A DNA stretch of 56,940 nt, counting the filler, from Callorhinchus milii (lineage: Eukaryota): NCBI RefSeq assembly GCF_018977255.1. It is 2 parts of 2 records of this genome, joined end to end, with 100 filler letters (N's around TTAATTAATTAA, not from the genome) between each part and the next. Parts side by side here need not be neighbours in the genome. Positions count along the whole stretch, not along the records: positions 28,526 to 56,940 come from NW_024705672.1; 1 more part is not named here. One strand, written 5' to 3'. Shown here one piece after another: positions 33,301 to 45,582 of the stretch. The notes under the pieces are model-generated. The model made no database searches. It worked only from the letters and a program-made list of their open reading frames with translations, and had not been told where the DNA came from. Both the position numbers and the translations under genes were made by a program. The number at the start of each line of letters is the position of its first letter. Position 1 is the stretch's first letter.

Positions 33301-36300
33301 GGTTGGGTGTATGGCGCAGGGGCTATGGATGTGTGGTGCAGGGAGTGTGGGTGTATGATGGAGCGGAGAGTTGGGTTGTGGCGGAGGGGGGTGGGCTTGT
33401 GGCTCAGGGGGTTTGGGGGTGTGATGAAGTGGGGTTGTGGGAAATTGGGGTGTGAGGAGTGGGGGTGCGGGAGTGGGTGTGCGGGGGACTCGGGGAGTGG
33501 GTGTGCGGGGGACTCGGGGAGTGGGTGTGCGGGGGACTCGGGGAGTGGGTGTGCGGGGGACTCGGGGAGTGGGTGTGCGGGGGACTCGGGGAGTGGGTGT
33601 GCGGGGACTCGGGAGTGGGTGTGCGGGGGACTCGGGGAGTGGGTGTGCGGGGGACTCGGGGAGTGGGTGTGCGGGGGACTCGGGGAGTGGGTGTGCGGGG
33701 GACTCGGGGAGTGGGTGTGCGGGGGACTCGGGGAGTGGGTGTGCGGGGGACTCGGGGAGTGGGTGTGCGGGGGACTCGGGGAGTGGGTGTGCGGGGGACT
33801 CGGGGAGTGGGTGTGCGGGGGACTCGGGAGTGGGTGTGCGGGGGACTCGGGGAGTGGGTGTGCGGGGGACTCGGGGAGTGGGTGTGCGGGGGACTCGGGG
33901 AGTGGGTGTGCGGGGGACTCGGGGAGTGGGTGTGCGGGGGACTCGGGGAGTGGGTGTGCGGGGGACTCCGGGAGTGGGTGTGCAGGGGACTCGGGGAGTG
34001 GGGTAGTGGGTGTGCGGGGGACTCGGGGAGTGGGGTAGTGGGTGTGTGGGGGATTGAGGGAGTGCGGGTGTGGAGAAGTGGGGGAGTGCAGGTGTGGGGG
34101 AGGGTGTGTGTGGGAGCGTCAGAGTGGTTGTCGCGGAGGGGTTGGGAGTGTCAGAGTGGGTGGTGTTGTCATGGAGGAGTTGGAGGTGTCGCGAAGGTGA
34201 TGGTGGTGTCGCGGATGGTGTTGGGGCTTTGTTACGGAGGTTGAAGGGATGTATGGCAGAGGTGTGTGAGGCTGTGGCAGAGGGGTTTTGGGGTTCTAGC
34301 GGAAGGGAGTGTGGTGGCTTGGCAGGAGGGCTTGTGGATGTCGTGTGGGTAGTTGGCAATGAGGGTGTGTGGTTATGGTGGAAGGAGTGTGGGTGTGTGG
34401 TGGAGGGGTTGTAGTGGTGTGAGGAGGGGATGTGGGGAGAGGGTGTGGGTGCGGTGGAGGGAGTTTGGGGGTGTGGTGGATGGGGCTGTGGTAGTGTGAC
34501 GAAGAGGGTGGCGGAGGTTGTTGGAGGAGTGGGGGATTGGTGGAGGGGGTTTGGAGGGGTGGAGGTGGTGCGGGAGTGTGGGGTGGTGGGGCTGTGGCAG
34601 AGGGTTTCTGGGGATATGGCGGAAGGGGTGTGGGTTGTGGGGGTGTGGATTGTGGGGGAGGGTGTGTGGTGAAGTGGGGTTATGGGGGAGTGGGGGTGTG
34701 GAGTAGTGGGGGTGTGGGTCTATGCGGGATGGAGTGTGGCGGTGCGGCAGAGGGGGTGCAAGGGTGTGGCGGATGGGTTGTGGGTGTGTGGCGGATGGGG
34801 TGCAAGGGTGTGGCAGAGGGGTTGTGAGGGGGAGGGGCTATGGGGATATGGGGGAGGGGGGTTGGGAGTGCGATAGAGGGGGTTTGGGAGTGTGGGGGAG
34901 TGGATGTGGGAGGGGGGTTGTGGGGGGAGGGGCTGTGGGGATATGGGGAGGGGGTTTGGGAGTGTGGGGGAGGGGTGTGGGGGTGGGGGTTGGGGGTGTG
35001 GGGGAGGGGTGTGGGGGGTGACATATTGGATGTGGGGGGCTGGCGGGAGTGCTGTGGGGTTGGTGGAGGGGCTGTGGCAGTGAGGCTGTCGGTGGCTGGG
35101 GGTGTGGGGTTTTGGCGGTGGGGGATTGGGAATGTGGCGGAGGGATGTTGGGATATGGCGGAGGGGATTGTGGCGAAAGGGGTTGTGGTGGAGATAGGGT
35201 GAGGATGTTGTGGAGAGGGTGTGGCGGAGATGGTGTGGGGAGGATATGTGTGGGTGTGGTGAATGCAGCATGCTGGAGGGGGTCTGTAGCACAGGCTAGG
35301 TCTAGTGTCATGGAAGTGGTGTGGCAGAGGGGATGTGGGGTTGTAGCGGAGGGCGTGTGGCGGAGGGTGTGAGGGGGTGTGGCGGAAGTGGTATGGGGCT
35401 GTAGCTGGGGAGGTGTGGGTGTGTGACAGAAGGGGTGTGGGCATATGGCGGAGGGGGATGGGGCGGAGGGTGTGTGGGTGTATGGGGGATGGAGGGGATG
35501 TTGGGGGTTGGTGTGGGGAGAGGATGTGAGGGAGAGTGTGTGGAGGAGTGGGTGTGTGGGGATATGGGGGAGTGGGTGTGGGCGAATGAGGGTGTGAGAG
35601 GTGGGGACTTAGGAAGTGGGGATGTGGGGGTTGGGGAACTGGGCTGCGGAGGAGTGGGGGTGGGGGGGTTGGGGAGTGGGGCTGACGGGGAGTGGGGGCT
35701 GAGGGGGAGTGGGGGCTGAGGGGGGAGTGGGGGCTGTTGGAGGGGGTGTTGGGAGTGGGGGCTGTTGGGGGAGTGGGGGCTGTTGGGGAGTGGGGGCTGT
35801 TGGGGAGTGGGCTGTTGGGGGGCAGTGGGGTGTTGGGGGCAGTGGGGTGTTGGGGGGCAGTGGGGGGTGTGGGGCAGTGGGGGGTGGGGGCAGTGGGGGT
35901 GTGGGGCAGTGGGGGGTGTGGGGCAGTGGGGGGTGTGGGGGGTGTGGGGCAGTGGGGGTGTGGGGCAGTGGGGGGTGTGGGGCAGTGGGGGTGTGGGGCA
36001 GTGGGGGGTGTGGGGCAGTGGGGGTGTGGGGAGGTGGTTTGTGGAGGAGGAGGTGTGGTGGAATGGGGCTGTGGGGGAGTGGATGTGTGGCGCAGGGTTT
36101 GTTGGGATGTGGCCCGGGGGTGTGGAGTTTTGGAAGTATGTGGGAGTGGGTGTGTGCGAATGGGAGTGTGGGGGAGGGCGTATGGGGGAGTTGGGTTGTG
36201 GGGCAGTGGGTGTGGGATGTGTGTGAGTGGGGTAGGGTGTGCTAGGCAGGAGATGGGGCATAGGGAGTTGGGCGGGGGATGTTGGGATATCGCGGAGTGG

Positions 36301-37135
36301 ATGGGGGTGTTGCGGAGGGCGGTGGAGGTGTCACGGAGGGGGGGCTGAGGGTTTGTGGCAGAAGGGAAGTAGGTGTGTCATGGAGAGGTTGTGGAGGTGT
36401 GGCGGAGGGGGTCTGGAAGAAGGGATGTGGTGGTGTGGTGCAGGTGGTGTGGTTGTGGGGGTGTGGCGGAGGGGGTAGGGGTGCGTCGGAGCTACGGTGG
36501 GGTTGTATCAGAGGGGGTGTAGGCGAGCAGGGATGTGGGCGTGTGGTAGATTGGGGGTTGGTGTGGTGGATTGGGGTGGGTGTGTGGCGAAGGGGGCTAG
36601 GGTTGTGTCGGAGGGGATTGGGGTTGCAGAGGAGTGGGGCTGGAGGAGTTTAGGAGGGAGGGTGGAGGAGGAACTGTGGCAGAGGTGGTGTATGCGTGTG
36701 GTGGAGGTGTTATGGGTTTGTAGGGTATGGGGGAGGGTTGTGGGCAAGTGGGGGTGTGGGGAAGGGCATGCTGTGGAGGAGAGTGTGGGAGAGTGGGGGT
36801 GTGGATGAGTGGGAGTGTGGGGGTTCATGTGGGTGAATGGGGGTTGTGGAGATGTGGCACAGGCGGTGCGGCAGCGGAGCTGTGGTGGCGATGTGGGTGT
36901 GGCAGAAGGGCTGTGGGGCAGGGACGGTGTGGACGAGAAGGGTATTGGGGGAGTGGCGCGCAGGCTGTGGCGCAGTGTGTGTGGGGGTGTGGCAGAGGGG
37001 GCATGGGTTTGTGGTGGAGGTGGGGTGGGGTTGTGGGGGAGGGGATTCAGGGTGTGGTGGGTGGGAGGGGACGTGGGGGGGAAGGGGTGTGGCAGGGGGT
37101 GTGGTGGTGTTGCGGAGTGGGGGTGGGCGTAGCGT
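30329..37135. repeat. 6.8-kb G/T-rich low-complexity tract with embedded 23-bp (33467-34040) and ~17-bp (35750-36030) minisatellites
   Basis: Extreme G skew; units ggggagtgggtgtgcgggggactc and ggggcagtgggggtgt. Confidence 0.93.
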
Positions 37136-37429
37136 AATGTGAGTACACTCACCTCTGACAATGCGCTCCCCATCTAATTCCTTCGACTGTGCCTTCGGTC
37201 AACCTCGCACCCCCACACCCCTACTCTCCACCCCTTTTGATTCCAACCCGAGCTCGGGCGCAAACCCTTCACTGTCCTGTGCCTTGGGTCATCCTCCCGA
37301 CATGAAATGCACTTTGTTGTTCCCATTTTGCAGTGTCAGCGTGGGTTCCAAATCCCAATCAACAAAATTACATTTGCACTTTCACATCGGGAGGACATCC
37401 CAAACAGCTGAACAGTCAGCTGTCAGGGC

Positions 37430-37940
37430 CCAAGCACAGGGGAGGGGTGGTGTAGGGGTGAGGGAAGGCAGAGAGGTGGGTGACCATAGGCACGATCGAA
37501 GAGAAGGGTCTTGAGACCGGCCTTAAAGGAGGCAAGGGAGGAAGCGAGGCGAAGGGACCGTGGGATGAGTTCCAGAGTGTAGGGACAGAGAGGCTGAAAG
37601 CCCAGCCACCAATGGTAGGGGGGTTCGAGCGGGAGACATGGAGCAGGCCGGAGCGCGCTGAGCGGAGGGAGCGGGCAGGTTGGTAGGGAGTCAGCAGGTC
37701 AGAGAGGTAGGAGGGGGCAAGGCCATGGATGGCCTTGAAAGTGAGGACGAGGATCTTGAACTCAATCCTCTGGGGGATGGGGAGCCAGTGGCGTCGGGCG
37801 AGGGTGGGTGCCTGGTGCGTGTTTTGAATGATCTGCAGCTTGTGAAGGGAACAGTTGGGAAGGTCAATGAGGAGGGAGTTTCCATAATCCAGCCTTGATG
37901 TGACAAATGCGTGGGTGAGGCTTTCGGCAGCCTGAAGGCT
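37430..37940 (-). mobile_element. L2-type LINE 3' fragment
   Basis: Similar to the 3' end of the L2 at 46150-46620 (gagaagggtcttgagac..., ttgaaagtgaggac.aggatcttgaact). Confidence 0.75.
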
Positions 37941-38544
37941 GAAGGCAGTGGATGAGAACCACAGGAAATGACAGGAGGTTCTGAAACTAGGCAGTGGTCA
38001 GAAGGGAAGAGGTTTCTGAGTTTTGTTTCAGAAAGCCTGGTGCTGTTTTTACTTCTCATCACAGTCTCTGAGGCGGACAATTTTCTTGACAGACCACACC
38101 ACTGCTTACAGGAAGCTGATTGCTCTGTTTCCTGTCCATCATGGGAAGGTATACATTGAACTTAACACCAATAGAAACTGGATAATAATCCTTGAATTTG
38201 ATATAGCACCTTATCACGCCATTGAGACATCTCGAAGAGCTTCACAGAATATCCTGTAAAGTGAATTGACTGTATATTCCTCATCATTCAGTTTCCCTCC
38301 AGACTCACATACAAAATACACTCACTTTACAGTACTATGAAGCATTATGAAATGTCATGACGTGAACAGTTATATTAAATGCAAGCATCGTTATTCTTTC
38401 TCATTCCTACCATCATATGGAACAAAGCCAAGAAGCCAGCCGTGCACACACAACACCCAAAATAGACACAAACTTAAAATGAGCATGCATGTAGACCATT
38501 TGAAACAGATTCCAGAGACGATGACAAGCTAGGAATGAAAGGAC

Positions 38545-38550
38545 TTTATT
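38545..38550 (-). promoter_or_regulatory. Candidate ARPC4 polyadenylation signal
   Basis: AATAAA on the minus strand about 300 nt after the stop codon. Confidence 0.5.
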
Positions 38551-38850
38551 TTCAAAATAGAAATGTATTCATTCAGTCATTCGGAATCAAGAACAAACTA
38601 ACAGCAGGTCCGTGCTGATGTAAATACAAGATCAATCTTAAAATCATCGGATAATAGTAAAGCCAGCAGGCTAGTCGGTTACCTCACTAGCCCCCTCCAG
38701 CAGGTCAGGAAGTTGCATACAAGCCCCCCCCACCCCATCCAGCAGGTGATCACCCCACCCCACCCCTGCCCCAAGCTCCCTCCAGCAGTGCAGTTTCACA
38801 TGCTTCTTCGTTACCTTGGTCTCATCAGTTGACAGTAAGTTCACTCAGCA

Positions 38851-41800
38851 TCAGAACTGTAAAGGAAAAGACAGTGATCAGAAACCCTGACAAGGAAAGG
38901 CCCCTGGACTCTTTGCAGGTCAAACACAACTATTGTATTTATAGCAGCGGACGTGCGGGAGATCTGATCACAAGATCAGACAGATTCAGGTGAAGAGACC
39001 CTTCGACCAATTCAATCGTTGGCTTCAATCAGCTTTCCAATTCAGTTCTTGATTTCTCTGTGGGAAAACTGCTTCCTAATGCCTTCATAAGCTCGTCTCC
39101 CATACCCTAGAAGTTTCACCCTCCTGCCCTGCTGCCTTGGTGCATATGAAAGTTATGCAGAGTTTACCTTCTTGTTTTGGTCAGTTCTGACACATACCCA
39201 GCACCATGCCTAAGAGTATCTTAGGCTTCCCACCGACACATGGAAATTCCTGTGTAATGGAATGTCACCCCCTGGAGGGACGTACACTGCAGCTGCTCAC
39301 ACAGATTGATATCTGAATTATGAAACCTGGAGTCCAGACCCATGACAGAAAGAGATCCTCAATACAAGAACCAAACCTGCGAGTGCCAGTCCCTGCCTAC
39401 TCCACAGGACTGCTTCGGATCAAGGGAGTTGAGCTACTTTGTTTTTTTTTTGGATCTGACACGTGCAGAAATCCATCACTATGCTCAAGAGTATCCAAAC
39501 AGACTGAAAGTTCCATGTATGTCACCTACATACAGAAATTTCCCTGTGCCTGGAATGAAATGTGTACTCTCCCTGAAGGGACGCACTCTACTTACCTAAT
39601 TCCAGAGAGTATTAGGCACAGGTTGGCAAGAGCCAAGGCTTCGAGACCCCAGAGTGTGCATTAGGGTAACTGCCTAAGTCTAACCAGCTAAAACCGCATA
39701 ACTTGTCGGTTTACTTTCTCTGCTTCATTGAGTATCTGTGAGGTTTCAGATCAGGATAAGTGTAGGACCCCACTGCCAATCAGCAACAGGAACTTCCCCA
39801 GAGATTTATTAATAGCCCTATGTGAGGTGGAGTCTCACAACGAGCCAGGAAGCCAGAAAGAAGGTGACCGCAAGCACAATCAAAAAGGCAAGGCTATGTG
39901 GAGTCCCCAAGTCTTAGCTCTTGATAACCTGTGCCTAATACTGAATTAGATGAGCAGGATGTCCCTCTAGAGAGTGTGCATTTCATTCCAACAATCTATC
40001 TCTGGCATTTCCACTTGCAGGTGGGATGCATGGAATTCTCAGTTTGATTTAGATACCCTTAATTAAGCATGGTGATGAGCTTCCTCGTCTGTCAGACACC
40101 CAACTGACCCACCCCCCAAAAAAAATCATACAGTGGCACAGCACAAGGCTGTAGCCATCAGTATATGAACACAGAAAATTATCCTCAGCAAGGGGAAGTC
40201 AAACAGGTTTGAGGAAGTCCTCTACCACAAATGAAAAAAAAGCTCCAATAACCGTCACAAAATGTAACCAGAGCAAAGCAACCCAGCCCCCAAACATCTC
40301 CAATGCTCTATCAGGTGCAGGAGGCCGGCTGCACTTTGGGCATCTTACGTTTTTGAGAAACTCTTCTGCGACAATGCGAGCTCTGGCGTTGACAGAGAGT
40401 TTCATTTCACTGACTTCTTTATCAATCTCCTCCATGAAGTGGATTACAAAGTCGACCAGTTTGTGTTTGTACATTTGCTCGGTGTGGAAGTTGGTGATGA
40501 GGAAACTGATGTCATAGCCCTGCCAGAAAGTGGGGGAACAGGAAGCCAGTGGTGAGTGACAAACTGTATATCCCAATATACAATATCATCCTGATCAGCC
40601 ACACCCCCCCGGCACCCATGCCCCTCACAGGCCTCACCAGGCACTCTGCCTAGTACACAGCAAAAGTAAACGAGTGAAGGGCATGTTCAGGAAGTGATGT
40701 CAGTGGTGACCTTACATCTAGGAGTCGGCCATTGTTTAGTGCAGGAAGTGGGAAACAGAACCAGCATTATAAGCGCCCAACATCAGCGGCATTATGCTGG
40801 CATTCCGCTGTATTCACTGCAACTTCCCAGTGCATCACACCAGAAAGCACTGCAGTGCTCTGATGCACTTTGTACCTCCTGAATCGATAGAAAACTATGG
40901 TGGGAGGCCGGGTGTGGGAGTAGGTAAGGCAAAGCACCGGGGAAGAGGTCGTGGCTCAGGAAGTTATGAGAGTAAATATCAAATGTGAATTGCAGAGGCT
41001 CTCATTACCTCAACCGCTTTCCTCCTCAGAATGAAGAAGTTCTCGGCTCTCATCATCATGAACCTCATAAACTTATGGCACAAAATCTTCTCAATCTCGT
41101 CTGCCTGCAATTTACAAAAAATATCACAAACAGAGCTGGGAACTTGCCGGTGGCTTGTCAGTATGTGTGGACAAGCATGAGCTACTGAGTGAGCAAGACT
41201 TCTGCCAAAAGTGATTAAAGGATAAGAGGGCAGGGTCTTCAATTGTAACTAGCATGGAAGGGAACAATCTCTAAGAGGGTTATCAGAATATGGACGGATT
41301 TATCTGGAGTGAATTTACAAGGGAAATAGAGATGAGCATGATTAAAGGAAAGAGTAGGGCATTGGGATTAGGATTCACTGGAGCAAACTCCAGTCATAGG
41401 ATAGTAGAAATACCCAACACAGCGGAATACTGACCTGCTTGATTGCAATGCTGACTCGCACAGAGTTTATTGAGCCCTCGATCAGAACCTTCTCCTTCTC
41501 ATTCCTACTGATGATCACAGGCTGTAGGAGCAACTCTTTACTGCTCCTAGTAATGGACAAGGAGGTCAGTTACACAGTAAGCAGAAGGCGTTGCTGCTCC
41601 CTCACTGATGAATGTGGGCTAACAATTTCTAGGCTCTCAAGAGCACAAACTTGTGTGTCTGTGCTGTGCTCACTGTCCACACTGTGCACTGAAACTCCAC
41701 AGCCAGATGCCAGAAGGTCAGGCGGAGTATATTTTGATTCTCACCCCAGCTCAGTCACTCTCTGCTCAGAGTCCTTATGACGAAACCTTGAGCTGCAGGT

Positions 41801-44539
41801 GTATTTCAGTCTCTGTCACAGCATCTTGACGTACCACCCTCTCTTCCACCTCTGCGTAAAGAATTTTCACCGAACAGAGCTCCCAGGGGCTGGGTGACCA
41901 AGACCCTCAGTATTATTCCAGAATACCCTCTATCCAGTCTTTCCACTTCAGTTTCAACCTGTTTCTTCAATGAGCCATAACTTTAACAATTCTCCCTTTG
42001 TCTATTCCCTTTCCTAGTGCATTGTCACTGATCACAGACATGACCCACACTCAAATACAATAAAGTCCCAATCCCCCCTCCCCTATGCCATTCTCTCACC
42101 TGACCTCCACCTCGGGCTTGTTGTGCCGCTCCACAACCTGTGAGGAGAAATTCTCTAGGCAGAGCGCAGCCTGCAGGGTGGCGCGGACCGCGTTCAGGTA
42201 GGGACGCAGTGTGGCTGTCTGCAGGAACAGAAAAAGCAGCAAACATCAGGCATCTTCCTATAAACTCTCATCGGTGAACAGCACACAGAGCTGGTGACTG
42301 GACTCTCCCCTCCCTGTAAAGTGCTGAAAGCTCAACCCAGTGGAATCCTCCTTCCTCCAAGGCAATCAATATCCCTCGACCCTGGCCTAACAACATTCCC
42401 AGTGTGGTCAATGGCCAGATCATCTCAATCTCCTGCCTGAAGATCAGCAGAGAAACCGGAACAGAAATTAAAACAGCACAAGCCTGATGAGCTGGCCAGA
42501 GCAACCCCCCACTCCATAGACAACATCAACCTCTCTCTGTCCACTGGCAGTTCCCACCCCCATCAAAACAAGTGTCATTACCCCTTCCTTAAAAAACCTT
42601 CCCTTGACCCATCCCTGTTCCCTAACAACCGTCCAACGTGCCTTTCTTCTCCACGGTACTGGAATTCATTGCTTGAGCTTCGCTTTCCTCTCCCTGCACA
42701 AACCCTTCCAATCCAGCTGCCAAACTGCCCACAGTACTGAGACTGCCTTGGTCAAAGTCACCAACAACGTTCTCTCCATCTGTGACCAGGGCTCTCTGCC
42801 TCCTCATCCTGACCTCTCTGTTGCCTTCAACACTGTTGACCCATTCTGTCCTTCTCCACCGCCTCTCCTCTCAGCTCCAACTTCACAGTTCTGTCCTTAC
42901 TTGGTTTCACTCTGACCCTACCCAAAGACTCCACTTCATATCTGCCATTTCTCCTCCCACTGCCGCCCGCACCATGCGGCGTTCCTCAGGTCACTATCCT
43001 CGGTCCCATCCTCTTTAATATCTACATGCTCCTACTCGGCGATGTCTCCGCAGGCACAGGTTTAACTTCCACATGTAGGCAGGTGACACCCAACTCTCTC
43101 TCTGCCTCAACTCTCAAAGCCAGGACCACTGCTGTCCTAACTAATTGTCTGTCAGACATCAAATCCTGGATGAGAGCTAACTTTCTCTAGTCAAATATTG
43201 ACAAGACCAAGGCCCTCCTGTTTAGCTCCCGTAAGCGTCTCCATACCTCAGGCACTAACATCAAATTGACTTCAAGATCCTCATGCTTGTGTTCAAATCC
43301 CTTCACTCTCTCTGGCACCTCCCTAGTTTTCTGACCGCCTCACTCCACCACCCAGCGCTTCTGCTCAACTGGCACTGGCCTCCTGCTCAGCCCTCACACC
43401 CTCTGCCCCACCATTGGAGGTCACGCTTTCAGCCATTAAACCCCGAAACTCTGGAACACTCTCCCTCAATCCCTCCGCTTGCCCCCTCTCTTCCATTTTT
43501 CAAGTCCCGCCTGAAAACCTTCCTCTTCGACCGTGCTTATGGCCACCTTCCCCTCCCCCACCCCGGCTCAAAGCCAGGTGCCGCCACTGTTAAGCACTCT
43601 GAGATGCTACCCTGCTCTGTGTTGGTCTCTGGGCAAGTTGTTGTTGTTGTTGTACTTAGATGCACATGCCACCTTTAAACCTCACATCAGTGCTTTAACC
43701 TGACCAGCTTTCCCACTCCTCCTGTCTCTGCCTCTCCCTCCCTTGGGCTGTTGAGACCCTAATCCACTTCCTTTGTGCTTACACTCAGGCCCGGTCAAAG
43801 TGTGCCAAGAGTGTCCTGGTCAAAGTCACCAACAACATTCTCTCCATCTGTGACCAGGGCTCTCTGCCTCCTCGTCCTTGACCTTTTTGCTACCTTTGAC
43901 ACTGTGACCATTCTGAGCTGCTCCACCACCTTTCCTCTCAGCTCCACCTTCACGGTTCTGTCCTTTCCTGGTTTCACTGACCCTTGTCCCAACGACTCCC
44001 CTTCATATCTACCACTTCTCCTCCCGACCCGCACTGTACTCACACTCAGTACCCTGAAGCTCTGGCCCACGGGGAGATGAGGCGGCGCCAGAGGCTGCGG
44101 AAGAACTTTAAAGGGGATCATCACACTGGGGCCGCCCGCGCTCACCCACCCACACCCACCCACCCACCCCCCACCCCCCACCCATCCACACACCCACCCA
44201 CACACCCACCCACACACCCATCCACCTACACCCATCCACACACACCCATCCACCCACACACACACCCACCCACACCCCCACACCCACCCACACCCCCACA
44301 CCCACCCACCCACACACCCACCCACACCCACCCACCCACCACACCACCCACACACACACACACCCATCCACACACCCACCCACACACCCACCCACACACC
44401 CACACCCCCATCCACACACAGACAGACAACGCTGGGGACAGGGCCGAGGGTGGCAGGTGGGAAGTCAATCCCGCCCGAGGCCCAGGCCTCAGATACGAGC
44501 CTGGGCCCCGCTCATAACTTAGGGCGCGGCTCCTACCAT
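38851..44539 (-). CDS. ARPC4: Actin-related protein 2/3 complex subunit 4 (168 aa)
   Basis: GT-AG exons 44539-44537 (ATG), 42218-42100 ([40 protein letters not shown]), 41546-41435, 41104-41009, 40519-40349, 38856-38851 (F-stop); total 507 nt in frame. Confidence 0.98.
42500..44050 (+). mobile_element. Degenerate L2 LINE RT fragments in ARPC4 intron 1
   Basis: [20 protein letters not shown] and [10 protein letters not shown] motifs; (ttg)n tail near 43640; second short RT piece at 43800-44040. Confidence 0.8.
44140..44420. repeat. (CA)/(CCCA) low-complexity tract
   Basis: Direct inspection. Confidence 0.9.
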
Positions 44540-44830
44540 CTCTGTGTCCCGCGCTGCTCTGTGTCGGTCTCTGGGGCGGAAGCGGAAATGAGTGCGCGCG
44601 CGCCCGGGTTACAGTGCGCGCCCCCGCCTCCTGCCAGACACCCGCGCGCGCGCGCTCTCGCTGCGGCCTGGGGTTGTGTGTCCGGGTGGAGCCTCTGGTA
44701 CCGACGATCGCTCGTAATTGAGCGCTGCTTCCCCGCGGTCAGGAGAGCCCGGGCCTGGGGGCGGGCAGGGCAGCCCGGGTCCCCGCCCGCCCGCCCGCCC
44801 GCCCGGCCTGAGGCCCCGGGCCCCCACACA
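44540..44830. promoter_or_regulatory. CpG-island bidirectional promoter shared by ARPC4 and TADA3
   Basis: CpG-dense; tandem ETS-like GCGGAAGCGGAAAT (44576-44589), GC boxes and gcgcgcgc runs; possible TADA3 5'UTR donor gcg|gtcagg near 44737. Confidence 0.75.
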
Positions 44831-45582
44831 CACACTGCTGCTCACCACCAGTAATAATCATCTCACATTTCAGATTTATTATATTTTATATATTTTACAA
44901 TTGGACATTTGACATGTGTCCCCGTAGCCGTGTAGGCCACTGCGCCGCGCAAAACCTCGCTGTCACAACAACAACTTGTATTTAAGAATCCTCTCACGCA
45001 GGGTAGCGTCCCAGAGTGCTGTAAAGTGTAGTGACTGTTTTGCTTGCAGACAGATAAGGAGGCGGCACAGGGAGTTTGGGGCTGTGTCTACAGGAACCTG
45101 GGTTTACACAGAGTGTTGGCTAACTGCAGGGACGGGATCCCGCTCCGAGCGCAGGACTTGGCACCTGACGCACATCCCAAGAGATCGGACTTCAGGTGGG
45201 ATTGAAAGTGACAGAGGGGTCAGATGTCCAATCTAAAACTGGAGCTCTCTCCCTCTATCCCTCTGCCTTGTCCATCCTTCCCCATCTTTAGGTCACACCT
45301 GAGGAGCTTCCTCTTCAACCTAAGGTCACCTCCCCCCACCTCTGCATTGTGCACCACTACTGTCAAGCATTCTGGCCGCTACCATGTGTGAGGGGCATTC
45401 GCTATATAAATGCAAGTTGTTCAAGATCTGGCTTTAGGTGGGATTGAAAGAGCATCTTGTCACTCTGTTTCTTTCAGTCCCACCTAAAGCCACTCATGGG
45501 ACAAATGGCAATTGCACCACATCTGACCTTTCACCTCTGGTGCTCTTGGCAGGTTTGGGAAGGAAGGATCCAGACTGTAAGA

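Noticed and set aside
28568..37173. Mucin-like and Pro/His/Thr- or Gly/Trp-rich long ORFs
   Set aside because: Low-complexity DNA open in several frames on both strands; no domain or exon support.
37140..38500. TTLL3 exons expected downstream of ARPC4 from human synteny
   Set aside because: No TTLL-like peptide is recognisable; a lone donor-like site near 37152 is insufficient.
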